In this document: piece by piece, positions 39,318 through 48,979 of the stretch
Layout: every line of letters starts with the position of its first letter
Numbering within the stretch: the first letter of the stretch is position 1
DNA from: Candidatus Marinacidobacterales bacterium
Lineage (GTDB): Bacteria; Acidobacteriota; Vicinamibacteria; Marinacidobacterales; SMYC01
Assembly (NCBI GenBank): GCA_965237955.1
Contig: OZ250169.1
Coordinates: 7,104,001-7,168,000, forward strand
Direction of reading: 5' to 3'
DNA length: 64,000 bases
Made by a program: the position numbers and the translations under genes
The notes under the pieces: generated by a model
The model's input: only the letters and a program-made list of their open reading frames with translations
Told to the model about the DNA's origin: nothing
Database searches by the model: none

Positions 39318-41726
39318 ATGGCTCTGCTCCGAAAGAACCCTCGGGCTGCCGATCGTGCCCGCAAGGCCGGCGACTGGATTACCGCTGCCCAATTGTACGA
39401 AGAGATAGGCCAGCTCGACCTCGCCATCGACTGCTACGAGAAGGCGGGCCGGCTCATCGTCTGTGCCCAGCTCACTCTCCAGCTGGATCGGCCGGATCGA
39501 GAAGAGATGGCGGTGGGCTTTTTCCTGCGAGGCGGGGAGCCCGAGCGCGCCGCCGCGATCCTGCGCCAGCTCGGCAGAGACCGGCAAGCCGCTGAAGCGT
39601 TTCTCCAAGCGGGGTATAACCTCGATGCGGCAGCTTGCTTCGCCGATGCCGGTGAGCTGGGACGCGCCGTCGATCTCTACGTGCAAGAAGGCAAGACGCA
39701 GCAGGCCGCGGAGCTGTGTGCAGACCTCAAAGAGTGGGCGCGCGCCGGCGAGCTCTATGCCAAAGTCGGTTTGTTCCTGAAGGCGGCACAGTGCTTCGAG
39801 AACCAGGGTAACCACAAGCGCGCTGCCGAGATCTACCAAACGAGCGGTCGGGTCAAAGAGGCCGCTTTGGCCTTCGGCAAAGCCGGAGACCTGCTCGCGG
39901 CCGCGCGTCTGTTCGACGAGCGCGTCAAGGAGATCAAGAGAAGCGGCACTTACGTGCCTCCGGGTCAGCAGCAAGAGCTGGACGTCGCGGCGCGCGGAGC
40001 CGCCCATTTCTACGAGACCGCGGGCGCGCCCGACAAAGCCCTCGAAATCCTCGTGCTCGCGGAGCACTACGAATCGGCGGCCGAGCTCGCCGAGAAGATC
40101 GAGGAGTACGCGCGTGCGGGCGAGCTCTACCACGAAGCTAGAAACGACAAGAGGGCTTCGGAGATGTACGCGCTCGCCGGCGACGACGTGCGCGCCGCCA
40201 AGCTCGAGGCCGAGTACCAGCTCGACCACGGAAACGACGAAGCGGCAGCGGACGCGCTCCACCGTGCCGGCGATGTCCTCCCCGCTGCGGAGCTCTTCGA
40301 GCAGCTCGGTCGATTCGATCGGGCCGCCGAGTGTTACCAAGCGCTCGAGGCGTGGCCGCGAGCGGCCGATAGCGCGGCGCGTGCAGGTCTCGACGACCAA
40401 GCGGCGGTTTTTTTCGAGCGAGCGGGCGATCCCGGACGAGCCGCCGAGCTACAAATGAAGCTCGGCGCCTTCGAGAACGCGGCCGCGAACTTCGCCAAAG
40501 TCGAACGCTTCTTCGAAGCCGCCCAAGCCGCCGCCGAAGCGAACGCCGAGCGCGAGATGCTCAACTACCTACAACAGGTTCCCAAGGACGACGCGAATCA
40601 CATCGAGTCGGTCGTCACTCTCGCCCACGCATTCATTCGCCGCGGGTGGAGCTCGATCGCCGTCGACAGACTCGAGTCGGTTCTTACCGGTCAGGTCGTG
40701 ACCGCCGACAACCTCGAGCTCTGGGACCCGTTCGCGACCGCGCTCGAGGAGATCGGCGAGCTCGAGCGCGCCGAGGAGCTTCTTCGCAACATGATATCGG
40801 TGTCGTACAACTACAGAGACATCGACAAACGCCACGCGAAGCTCGTCGAGAAGATCGAAGAGGAGAAGAAGCGAGAGAGCTCGTTTGACCCCACCCTCGT
40901 CGACAATAGGGACGGCGACGCGACCACGTTCGACGGAAACCGCTACAAACTCGACGAGCTCCTCGGTCGGGGCGGTATGGGCGAGGTTTACCGGGCGTTC
41001 GATCGATTGTTGAGCCGCTCGCTCGCCTACAAGGTACTCTCGAATCGCCTCGCGGAAGACCCGGTGGCGCGGGACTTACTCCTTCAGGAAGCGCGTTCAG
41101 CCGCCGGCTTGAACCATCCCAACATTATTACCGTCTACGATCTCGGCATCGAGAACGGGCGTGCGTTCATCTGTATGGAGCTCGTCGAAGGTGAGAGCTA
41201 CGCGAAGATCCTCAAGCGCGACAAGCGCCTCTCGCTAGCGGAGATCATGCACCTCGTCGTGTCGGCGTGCCAAGGACTCGACCACGCGCACCATCGGGGG
41301 ATCGTTCACCGTGACCTCAAGCCGTCGAACATCCTTCTCACCAAAGAACATCGCGTGAAGATTCTGGATTTCGGACTCGCCCAGCCGATCCAACCCGACG
41401 ATGGCGATTCGAGCGGCTCCTCCGGCGGCACCCAAAGATACATCGCTCCGGAGCAAGCACGCGGCGAGGCCACCGATGCCCGCACCGATCTCTACTCGTT
41501 CGGGGCGACCCTCTTCGAGCTGGCCGCGGGACGAGCACCCTTCATCGAAGGCAACCTCTTACAGCACCATATTCACACCGCGGCACCACGATTGAAGTCC
41601 ATCGCGCCCGACGTTCCCGACGAGCTCGACGAGCTGGTGATGCACTGTCTGGAAAAAGATCCCGCGAAACGTTTCCAGTCCGCAGGCGAGCTGCTGTCCT
41701 ACGCCCAGGCGGCGGGCCTGGTCTGA
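39318..41726 (+). CDS. TPR-like alpha-repeat protein with C-terminal Ser/Thr kinase
   Basis: Many A(A/G)ELY/F..AG repeats; GRGGMGEV, HRDLKPSN, DFG, YIAPE, DLYSFG. Confidence 0.9.
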   Translation: MALLRKNPRAADRARKAGDWITAAQLYEEIGQLDLAIDCYEKAGRLIVCAQLTLQLDRPDREEMAVGFFLRGGEPERAAAILRQLGRDRQAAEAFLQAGYNLDAAACFADAGELGRAVDLYVQEGKTQQAAELCADLKEWARAGELYAKVGLFLKAAQCFENQGNHKRAAEIYQTSGRVKEAALAFGKAGDLLAAARLFDERVKEIKRSGTYVPPGQQQELDVAARGAAHFYETAGAPDKALEILVLAEHYESAAELAEKIEEYARAGELYHEARNDKRASEMYALAGDDVRAAKLEAEYQLDHGNDEAAADALHRAGDVLPAAELFEQLGRFDRAAECYQALEAWPRAADSAARAGLDDQAAVFFERAGDPGRAAELQMKLGAFENAAANFAKVERFFEAAQAAAEANAEREMLNYLQQVPKDDANHIESVVTLAHAFIRRGWSSIAVDRLESVLTGQVVTADNLELWDPFATALEEIGELERAEELLRNMISVSYNYRDIDKRHAKLVEKIEEEKKRESSFDPTLVDNRDGDATTFDGNRYKLDELLGRGGMGEVYRAFDRLLSRSLAYKVLSNRLAEDPVARDLLLQEARSAAGLNHPNIITVYDLGIENGRAFICMELVEGESYAKILKRDKRLSLAEIMHLVVSACQGLDHAHHRGIVHRDLKPSNILLTKEHRVKILDFGLAQPIQPDDGDSSGSSGGTQRYIAPEQARGEATDARTDLYSFGATLFELAAGRAPFIEGNLLQHHIHTAAPRLKSIAPDVPDELDELVMHCLEKDPAKRFQSAGELLSYAQAAGLV

Positions 41727-41983
41727 CATCGGTGTCGCCGTAGCTTACACGCACCGAGATCGCCGTAAAGCGTTGTCGGCGTGGCACCCGACGTGAGAAC
41801 AGCGGTTCACGAATGTCGGATTTCGTTACGATTCGTCCGTCATCGAGACGCACCCCTTTTTCTCAAGCTGCACTATCAGAAGACTTTGGCGTTTCTGGTC
41901 TTTGTTTTGCATGAAAAAATGCAACACCCCAGCGACTTGGCTTCCCGTCCTGGAGTCATCGAGCTCGTCAAAGGAGACGAACC

Positions 41984-42925
41984 ATGTTGTTGCACCCCAC
42001 GCGAAACTCGGCATTCGTTCGGTCCATTCCGCTTCTCTTCGTCCTGGTAGCAAGTCTCGTCCTCGTGACGAGCGCAGGCGCGACGCCTTCGCTCTTCGGC
42101 TCAGCGTTTTTCGGCCGAGACGGCGCGAGCACACTCGTGTCCCTCGATCCGTCCACGGGCGCGGCCACCGCCATCGGGTTGATTGGCTTCGAGCGCGTCA
42201 GCGCGCTGGCTTTCGATCCCACGACGGGCGTTTTGTACGGTACCGGCGAGCGTACCGACGGCAGTGATATTTCTGTGCTTCTCAGCATCGACACCACCAC
42301 GGGCGCGGGAACGGAAATCGGGCCCACCGGGCTCGAATCCTTTACCGATGGGCTCCGCTTCGGTGACGGCTTCGACTCCTCGACGGACCTCAGCTTTCGG
42401 AACTCCGACAACACGCTCTTCTCGTACACGTTCGACAACGATGGACTGTCGACCGTCGACCTCACCACCGGCGCGATGACCGAGGAAAATAGCGACACGT
42501 CGTTGTCAACCCTGGGGATACGGGGGTACGGGCTTGCGTTCTCGGCAACGGACACGCTCTACATGGCAGACGACATCGCCCTGTACACGCTCGATCCGGC
42601 CACCGGCGGCGTACTCACGACTCTCTCGCTCTCGTATCCAGCCGCGACTGGCATCAGCCGCCTCAACGCGCTGGACTTCGACCCGCTCACCGGCGTCCTC
42701 TACGGGTCGGTGAACGTCGGCTTCGGGTCCTCTCGCGCGAGCTTTCTCGCAACCGTGAATCTAGACACCGGTCTGGTGAGTGTCGTGGGACCGACTGGAG
42801 GAGACGGTCTCGGCCTCGACGCCATCGCGTTTGCTCGGGTACCCGAGCCCGGCTCGATGTCGCTGATCGGGCTCGGGCTGGCTGCGCTCGGCTGGATCGC
42901 GCGGCTTCGTCGGCCGCGGGTCTAG
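41984..42925 (+). CDS. PEP-CTERM sorting-domain surface protein (propeller-like repeats)
   Basis: Signal peptide, repeated LAFDPTTGVLYG / LDFDPLTGVLYG, C-terminal VPEPGS + TM + RLRR. Confidence 0.88.
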   Translation: MLLHPTRNSAFVRSIPLLFVLVASLVLVTSAGATPSLFGSAFFGRDGASTLVSLDPSTGAATAIGLIGFERVSALAFDPTTGVLYGTGERTDGSDISVLLSIDTTTGAGTEIGPTGLESFTDGLRFGDGFDSSTDLSFRNSDNTLFSYTFDNDGLSTVDLTTGAMTEENSDTSLSTLGIRGYGLAFSATDTLYMADDIALYTLDPATGGVLTTLSLSYPAATGISRLNALDFDPLTGVLYGSVNVGFGSSRASFLATVNLDTGLVSVVGPTGGDGLGLDAIAFARVPEPGSMSLIGLGLAALGWIARLRRPRV

Positions 42926-43704
42926 AGAAGCCTCAGCCGAGCCTTCTCGACCAGCCGCTCAGCCCGCCTTCTGTCGATCGGGTTGGTCGCCTTGTTGTCG
43001 GATTTGATCCCCGTTCCGACGATGACGCCGTCGGCGACGTCGAGGAGTGACTCGACGGTCTCGACGGTGACGCCGCTTCCGACGTAGATCGGGACGCCGA
43101 GCTCGAGCTCGGCGACGGCTCGTAAATCGTCGAGCGACGTCGCTTCGCCCGTTCCCCGGCCTGACACCACGAGCGCATCGGCAAGGCCGCGACGTACGGC
43201 GTCTTCCGCTTCGTCGGCGATGGAGTCGTGAGCAAGGCTACGCCCGTGTTTGACGTGCACGTCCGCCCAGATCGCCACGTCGGTGCCGAGTGCGGCCCGT
43301 GCTCGTAGCGTCTCGGCGGCTCGTCCTTCGATAACACCCTGATCGGTCGCAGTGGCACCCACGTGCACGTTGACCCGTATGAACTTCGCGCCCGCGGCGG
43401 CCGCAACCGCGAGCGCCGCGCGTGCGTCGTTACGCAAGACGTTGATACCGAGCGGAAGCTCGGGAGCCGCAGCGCGCACCGCGCACGCGAGCCGCGTCAT
43501 CGCAGCGATGGTGCTGACGTCGACTGTGTCCTTGAAAAAAGGCACGTCACCGAAATTCTCGATGATTGCCGCGTGGAAGCCGACCTCGTGCAGCAAACGC
43601 GCTTCCGCGACAAGGCGTGTCTCGATGTCGCCGAGGGATCGGTCACCACGTGGCGATCCGGGAAGTGCTGGTAAATGCAGCATTCCGACGAGAGCTTTTT
43701 TCAT
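42922..43704 (-). CDS. BtpA/SgcQ family protein
   Basis: GMLHLPALPGSP, IENFGDVPF, GINVLRND, ADVHVKH, VSGRGTG, VGSGVT. Confidence 0.92.
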   Translation of the reverse strand: MKKALVGMLHLPALPGSPRGDRSLGDIETRLVAEARLLHEVGFHAAIIENFGDVPFFKDTVDVSTIAAMTRLACAVRAAAPELPLGINVLRNDARAALAVAAAAGAKFIRVNVHVGATATDQGVIEGRAAETLRARAALGTDVAIWADVHVKHGRSLAHDSIADEAEDAVRRGLADALVVSGRGTGEATSLDDLRAVAELELGVPIYVGSGVTVETVESLLDVADGVIVGTGIKSDNKATNPIDRRRAERLVEKARLRLL

Positions 43705-43798
43705 GTCGAGGAGGATACACCAATCCTCGTGGAGCAGTTCATACGCAATCGCACCACGCCGTGCCAACCATGGAAGGGTCAAAGGAGGATACCTAGAT

Positions 43799-43941
43799 AT
43801 GAAACTACCCACCAAAACTTCAACCGGAAGGATTTCGGCGTGAGCCGGAACAAGACGCTCGATACCGGCGGTTTCGTCGGCGGCGAAGACGTTCGCATCC
43901 AACTCGAGATCGAAGCCGTCTCCATCGAAAACACCGACTAA
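43799..43941 (+). pseudogene. YceI family remnant (RBS + ATG joined to the C-terminus)
   Basis: AAGGAGG-ATG, then out of frame NRKDFGVSRNKTLDTGGFVGGEDVRIQLEIEAV*. Confidence 0.75.
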
Positions 43942-43968
43942 TAGGACCTCGAGGCAGGGGCGCAATGT

Positions 43969-44034
43969 ACCTCTCCCCCAACGGGGGGAGAGAGTTTCAC
44001 GGAGACGGCGCGTAAGCGCCGTCGGGTGAGGGGG
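43969..44034. repeat. REP-like double hairpin element (CCTCTCCC...GGGAGAG...GGGTGAGGGG)
   Basis: Second copy at 47307-47421; shares GGGGAGAGAGTTTCACGGAG and CGGGTGAGGGGG. Confidence 0.8.
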
Positions 44035-44074
44035 CGCCGACCTTGCGACTCGAGGACGGCGCACGTAGAATCCG

Positions 44075-44360
44075 CGCCTACGACTATGAAAATGCTTTCA
44101 CCCAGATGCGGCTTCACTCCCAAACGAGCCAATACGGCACGCTGTCTCGCGGTGAGAAGATGCTTCCCGACACCGACCGCGCGCGCTTCACCGACGCGCT
44201 CGAGGAGATCCGTTCGGGTCGATTCACCAAAGAGTGGAGCTCCGAGCAGGAGAACGGCTACCCGCGATTCGAGGAGCTGCGCAAACGGGCAGGCGCGCAC
44301 GCGCTCAACGACGCGGAGAAGCTGGCCCTCGAGGCGATGAAACGATCGGGAGTCGAATGA
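44075..44360 (+). pseudogene. Ketol-acid reductoisomerase-like C-terminal remnant
   Basis: QMRLHSQTSQYGTL..LEEIRSGRFTKEWSSEQENGYPRF; no N-terminal Rossmann domain. Confidence 0.75.
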
Positions 44361-45109
44361 CCGGGCGCGTGCGCGACAAGGTCGCCGTCGTCACCGGCGG
44401 CGCCACCGGCATCGGCGAAGCCACCGCCGAGTTTCTTGCACAGGAAGGGGCGCGCGTTGCCATCGTGGATCGAGACGCGGCGGGCGAGACGGTCGCGAAC
44501 CGCATCGACGGCGCGCGCTTCTACCGCGCCGACATCTCGAGCGAAAACGACGTCCGAGACGCGATGGCGCGCGCCGAGACCGATCTCGGGGGTATCGACA
44601 TTCTCGTCAACAACGCCGCCGTGTTCGTTCTCAAGGGACTCGATGCCACCCCCGAAGAGTGGCGTCAGTCGCTCGACGTCAACATCATCGGGACGTCGCT
44701 TTGCACGCGCTACGCCGCCGAATCGATGAAAAAGCGTAGCGGAGGCGCGATCGTCAACTTGAGCTCGATCTCCGGCTTCATCGCCCAGCCCGAGTTTCTA
44801 ACCTACAGTGCGACCAAGGCAGCGCTCGTCAACATGACTCGCTGCATGGCGCTCGACCTCGCCCCGCACAACATCCGTGTGAACTGCGTCTGTCCGGGCA
44901 CCATCCGCACCTCCGCAACCGATCGCCACATAGAGCAGACGGGTGAGACCGAGGAGGAGTTTCTCGCCGAGAACGCGCCCATGCATCTTCTGAATCGGGT
45001 CGGTACTCCGCGCGAGGTCGCGTACGCGATCCTCTTTCTCGCTTCCGACGAGGCGTCTTTCATTACCGCGACGCCGCTCATGGTCGATGGAGGTTACACC
45101 GCGAGATGA
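44357..45109 (+). CDS. SDR family oxidoreductase
   Basis: TGGATGIG, NNAA, YSATK, NCVCPG, LASDEASFIT. Confidence 0.93.
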   Translation: MTGRVRDKVAVVTGGATGIGEATAEFLAQEGARVAIVDRDAAGETVANRIDGARFYRADISSENDVRDAMARAETDLGGIDILVNNAAVFVLKGLDATPEEWRQSLDVNIIGTSLCTRYAAESMKKRSGGAIVNLSSISGFIAQPEFLTYSATKAALVNMTRCMALDLAPHNIRVNCVCPGTIRTSATDRHIEQTGETEEEFLAENAPMHLLNRVGTPREVAYAILFLASDEASFITATPLMVDGGYTAR

Positions 45110-45237
45110 CGACCAACATCCAATTCGGCTTCTGCGTGCCCATCTTCGCGAACCCCGGGATTGCGTTTTTTCGAACGCCCTGCTACGAGCGTCTCGATTG
45201 GAACGTCACCACGGGTAAGGAAGAAGAGCTTCTTTAA
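45106..45237 (+). pseudogene. LLM-class flavin-dependent oxidoreductase, N-terminal remnant
   Basis: MTTNIQFGFCVPIFANPG..FRTPCYERLDW, coupled to the SDR stop, ends after 43 codons. Confidence 0.55.
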
Positions 45238-46031
45238 GGCAGAGCGACAACCCAGCTGCCGTCCTCAAGCCACTTTTTTCGGAGCTGATCCATCAGGCCC
45301 GTCCCTTCGAACGCGCTGATGTAGCTCTCGATCAAGCTCTTCAGGCGAGCATCGCTCGTTGGCATCGCGATACCGATGGGCTCGACCGTCATCGGCTGAT
45401 CGAGCGTCGCGAGACCATCGTTCGGGTAGCGCATCACCGACAGGATGCAAATCGGCATGTCCGCAACGAGAGCGTCGACCTCGTCGGAGATCACCATCTT
45501 GACACCGGAATCGTAGTCTTTGACCTTCACGAGCTGTGCCTCGGGCAGATTCCTCTCGACGAACCTCTGGCTCGTCGAGTTCTCGAGCGCGGCGATCTTG
45601 AGATTCGCGCGGTTGAAATCGGCCTGGGTGGCCGCGATGAGCGCCCTCTCGTTGGTGAGGATCGACTTGCCTGACAGCATGTAAGGACCGACGAACTCGT
45701 GCTTCAAGCTCCGCTCGGCAGTGATGGCCATACCGGACATCACGATATCGACCTCGGAAGCATCCATGGCCGCCAGGAGGTCTCCGAACGGCTTGGTGAC
45801 GAACTTCACTTCTACATCGAAAGCACCCGCGAGCATCTTGGCGAGATCGATTTCGATACCCATGAGCTCGCCTGAGCGGTTTCTCACGTTGAAGGGCGGT
45901 TGGTTCCCAGATACGCCGACGCGAAGCTCACCGTTCGCGAGAACGCGTTCGAGTACTTGCGCCTGCGCGGTCGCGCCGAACGCGACAACGACCAACAGGG
46001 TTAGAATGATGGAACGTCTCAACATGTTCAT
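45234..46031 (-). CDS. Amino-acid ABC transporter substrate-binding protein (family 3)
   Basis: Signal peptide, GELRVG..QPPF, GIEIDLA, DIVMSGMAITAER. Confidence 0.9.
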   Translation of the reverse strand: MNMLRRSIILTLLVVVAFGATAQAQVLERVLANGELRVGVSGNQPPFNVRNRSGELMGIEIDLAKMLAGAFDVEVKFVTKPFGDLLAAMDASEVDIVMSGMAITAERSLKHEFVGPYMLSGKSILTNERALIAATQADFNRANLKIAALENSTSQRFVERNLPEAQLVKVKDYDSGVKMVISDEVDALVADMPICILSVMRYPNDGLATLDQPMTVEPIGIAMPTSDARLKSLIESYISAFEGTGLMDQLRKKWLEDGSWVVALP

Positions 46032-46134
46032 TTACAGTATTTTCTTTCGGATCGCCTAGGCCTTCCGGAGGCACAAAGAGCATAGTATCTCTATAAATCA
46101 GGTTCGGCGCAAAACGAGATACGCGGCCAAGCAA

Positions 46135-46422
46135 TCATGGTGCCGGTTCGCTCGGCCTCGTAGCGCTCGCCGCCGAGACGCGGTACGAGCCAGTGCTCCG
46201 CGAATACGACGGCGCCGACTGGCATGAGGATGAGGCCGTAGATCGCAACGTAATCCAACAACTTGAGAAAAACAGCGGGGAAACAGGAGAAAAATGTCGT
46301 CAGAACATACCCGCGAAGTAGCGTCCCGGCTTCAGGTCGCTTGCGGCGACGGGCTCTCGATCGAACTCGTAGAGCGCGTCCATACGCGCCGCGAGGTGGG
46401 CGAGCTTATTGGAAGAGTTCAT
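46135..46422 (-). pseudogene. Purine-cytosine permease-like transporter remnant (N-terminus fused to an internal piece)
   Basis: MNSSNK..YEFDREPV..YFAGMF, then CFPAVFLKLLDYVAIYGLILMPVGAVVFAEHWL in another frame. Confidence 0.6.
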
Positions 46423-47276
46423 TCGGCATTCATTAGTGCGGCGAGCCGATAGCCCGCGAGCGCGAGCTGCCGGTCGGAGACCTCTTGAACTTCGTCTTGA
46501 TACCGCCGCGGCGGTTGTGCGTCACGAACCAGGTACGGTGGATACGCGCACGTCATCGCCAGCTCGGCGCCCGCTTTGGACCAGTTCTCGAATCCTTCGA
46601 CACCAAGATCGCTCGCGAGTGATTCCGGCGGATGCAGCGTCATGATCTCGAGCGCTATACGGTCGACCCAGCCCGAATAGCTTTCGCTGTGGCGTTTCCC
46701 GCGGGCACGCATCTGGATGGAGTCCCAGAACGCGTGTAGATTCCCCCACGATTCCGTATCATCCAGCGCGAAGTCGTTCCCGCCGCGATCCCCTTCCGGC
46801 TCACGCGCGGTGACGCGAGCGCTGGAGTGGAGTGGCTGATGAATATCGCCCACGAGGTGAAGCATCCACGCGAGCTCGATAGGGTCGGAGTCAACCTTGT
46901 CGAACGAGCTCAGCCGCTCGATAAGCTCACCGTTCGTCCCCATCTCGGGCAGCGGCGTTCCATCATCACGCCAAAAGTGATTAACGTAATGCCACGTGGG
47001 CCGGTCGTACTTCTCTTGGCGCGCCGGCCACGCCTCGTCCCTAACGACATCCGGCCAATATCCGGTCCGGAAGAAGAGTTCCTGTGAGGTGAGCCCCGGA
47101 AGTGCGAGGTCCGCATCCGCCGGCGCCGTCCGCAGAAGCTCGACAGCACGCGCCCGCGCCCCCTCGCTCATGTGCTCCCAAGCGATGGCATCCACCACCA
47201 AATGCCCCACCCGATCCCAAGCCGAAACCGAAGGCGAACAAAGTACCGCAAGCAATAAGAACTTCAGGATTCGCAC
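46419..47276 (-). CDS. S1/P1 nuclease
   Basis: Signal peptide, AWDRVGH, WPDVVR, WHYVN, HLVGDIHQPLH, GDRGGN, NLHAFWD, LALAGYRLA. Confidence 0.93.
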   Translation of the reverse strand: MRILKFLLLAVLCSPSVSAWDRVGHLVVDAIAWEHMSEGARARAVELLRTAPADADLALPGLTSQELFFRTGYWPDVVRDEAWPARQEKYDRPTWHYVNHFWRDDGTPLPEMGTNGELIERLSSFDKVDSDPIELAWMLHLVGDIHQPLHSSARVTAREPEGDRGGNDFALDDTESWGNLHAFWDSIQMRARGKRHSESYSGWVDRIALEIMTLHPPESLASDLGVEGFENWSKAGAELAMTCAYPPYLVRDAQPPRRYQDEVQEVSDRQLALAGYRLAALMNAE

Positions 47277-47306
47277 AGGCGCGTGATAATAGCATGAGGC
47301 AAAAGA

Positions 47307-47421
47307 ACCTCTCCCCCAACCCGCCTTCGCTAGTAGCTTCGGCGGGTCCGCAGTAGCCTTTTGCGGAGGCGGACGGGGAGAGAGTTTCACGGAGGCTCGC
47401 CTCACGAGCCGGGTGAGGGGG
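47307..47421. repeat. Second REP-like element, with a 52-bp hairpin element nested at 47321-47372
   Basis: Compared with 43969-44034 it has an extra CCGCCTTCGC...GCGGAGGCGG segment flanked by AC on both sides. Confidence 0.8.
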
Positions 47422-47427
47422 ACACGC

Positions 47428-47497
47428 TTGGAACGTGAACGCATCGCGATCATCGGTGCAGGAATCAACGGCCTCGTCGCCGCCAATTACCTAGCGA
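47428..47497 (+). pseudogene. FAD-dependent oxidoreductase (phytoene dehydrogenase-like) N-terminal remnant
   Basis: ERIAIIGAGINGLVAANYLA Rossmann start, then homology stops. Confidence 0.65.
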
Positions 47498-47505
47498 CGA
47501 ACGAT

Positions 47506-47775
47506 CTAGTCCGCGCAGACGACGCTCGTCGGCTGACTCCCACCGCACAGAATGTTCTCGGTCCGCCCGCTGACAATCTGAGCGCACGCGTTGTCGCGCG
47601 CGGTCACGATCGCGTCGTCACGCGTGGGGCCGCGCGCGGTGCGGCAGGCTTGCCGGCCTTTGAAATCTATGCAGACTTCGCAGCTCACTTTCGCAGTCCC
47701 CATGGACGATGTCACGATGTAGACGACGACCGCGACGACGAAAACGACGATGACCAGTCTCACCTTTTTCGACAT
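47506..47775 (-). CDS. Small membrane-anchored Cys-rich hypothetical protein
   Basis: N-terminal TM; CEVC..C..NACA..C..C; follows 47780..48649 in the same operon. Confidence 0.7.
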   Translation of the reverse strand: MSKKVRLVIVVFVVAVVVYIVTSSMGTAKVSCEVCIDFKGRQACRTARGPTRDDAIVTARDNACAQIVSGRTENILCGGSQPTSVVCAD

Positions 47776-47779
47776 AACG

Positions 47780-48649
47780 TCAACCTCGCAATAGGGGTCT
47801 CGTCAGACACGTGGGACCACCTGATCCGTTCAAGCTAATCTCGGACCCGGGATAGGTCGAGACTTCGAAACCTTCGTTCTCGAGTCGTGCATTCGTTTTC
47901 TCGTTCTCGGCAATCGCGAGCAGCTTCTTTTCGCCGAGAGCGAGAACGTTGCAGCAGAGCGCATCTCGCTCGTCCGCTTCGATGGGAATGAGGTGGAACC
48001 CGCGGCGCTCGAGCTCGCCCACCGTCGACACCGCAAGCCACGGCAAATCGACGAGAGCGGCGCGTTCGTCCAAGACGCTGATGAGCGACATCAAATGGAG
48101 ACACGCCTCCGGGCCGGGACCGTATGGGAGCGGCGAGGTGAGAACGCGAACGTCGAACGGGGCGAGCAGCTGACGGACCTGCTCGATCCCATCGGCGTTG
48201 GTGCGATAGCCCTCGCCGATGAGAACGGTTTCGGTATCGAGCCAGAGCATGTCGCCCGCCTCGGTCAATCCCGGCGGCCCGATACGTCCGAGTACGGGAA
48301 TGTCAAGGGCTTCGAACCAACGTCCTTGGACTTCGGGCTCACCGCGTCGCGTGGGCTTGCCCATGTGCATCAGGATCATGCCGTGGTCGGTGGGAAACGA
48401 CGCATCGTGAACGTAGACAGCGTCGAGCGACAACGCGTCGTCGACCGGTAGCTCCAGAACTTCCGCACCGGCTTGTTCGAGTGCTCGCACGAGGCGGGTG
48501 TGGCCTTCCGATGCTTTGTCGATTGCGGGCTCGCGCAAGTAGCCGAGCTCCCGCCACGACGGCCCGTTATCCCAACGCGCCGTTTGGGGGTTGCAAACGA
48601 GCACGCGTCGCAGCGTGCCCGCCATCGTTTGGCCGCCGAAAGACTTCAT
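47780..48649 (-). CDS. Amidinotransferase / dimethylargininase family
   Basis: DAVYVHD, RRGEP, EAGD, GYRTN, CLHLMS, GSGGPTCLTRP. Confidence 0.9.
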   Translation of the reverse strand: MKSFGGQTMAGTLRRVLVCNPQTARWDNGPSWRELGYLREPAIDKASEGHTRLVRALEQAGAEVLELPVDDALSLDAVYVHDASFPTDHGMILMHMGKPTRRGEPEVQGRWFEALDIPVLGRIGPPGLTEAGDMLWLDTETVLIGEGYRTNADGIEQVRQLLAPFDVRVLTSPLPYGPGPEACLHLMSLISVLDERAALVDLPWLAVSTVGELERRGFHLIPIEADERDALCCNVLALGEKKLLAIAENEKTNARLENEGFEVSTYPGSEISLNGSGGPTCLTRPLLRG

Positions 48650-48651
48650 GG

Positions 48652-48966
48652 TCAGGGCGCCTCCAGGAAAGAAACGCTCTCCATCAGTTTGAAGCTCTCA
48701 CCTTTCACCATCGGGCCCGTCGTCTCGAAAATCTTCTGTACACGGTGATCGTCCATCAACGCTTTCCATTTACGCTCGTAGTCGGACAGGTCGTCGAACT
48801 TCCAGATCTCGGTCACTTCCCCCGCCGGTCCGACGAGGGTTTTGAAGATACCGACCGCCTGAAAGCCATGCTCGAGAATAACCGGCAAGAACTCCTTGGC
48901 ATAGAACGTTTCGAAGCGCCCCACGTCTTGAGCTTCGAGATGGAATGTCACATGCAGGTAGATCAT
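48652..48966 (-). CDS. NIPSNAP family protein
   Basis: 104 aa; VGIFKTLVGPAGEVTEIWKFDDLSDYE pattern. Confidence 0.75.
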   Translation of the reverse strand: MIYLHVTFHLEAQDVGRFETFYAKEFLPVILEHGFQAVGIFKTLVGPAGEVTEIWKFDDLSDYERKWKALMDDHRVQKIFETTGPMVKGESFKLMESVSFLEAP

Positions 48967-48979
48967 TTCACTCGCACGT

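Noticed and set aside
33385-41726. Helicase + nuclease + kinase as a novel anti-phage system
   Set aside because: Order, size and motifs match housekeeping addBA; no other defence genes are adjacent. Kept only as low-interest adjacency.
42922-44064. Long N-terminal extensions of ORF-track calls (BtpA; likewise S1/P1, CDP-alcohol transferase, YdjC)
   Set aside because: The extensions run through repeats or neighbouring remnants; family homology starts at the downstream start codons used above.
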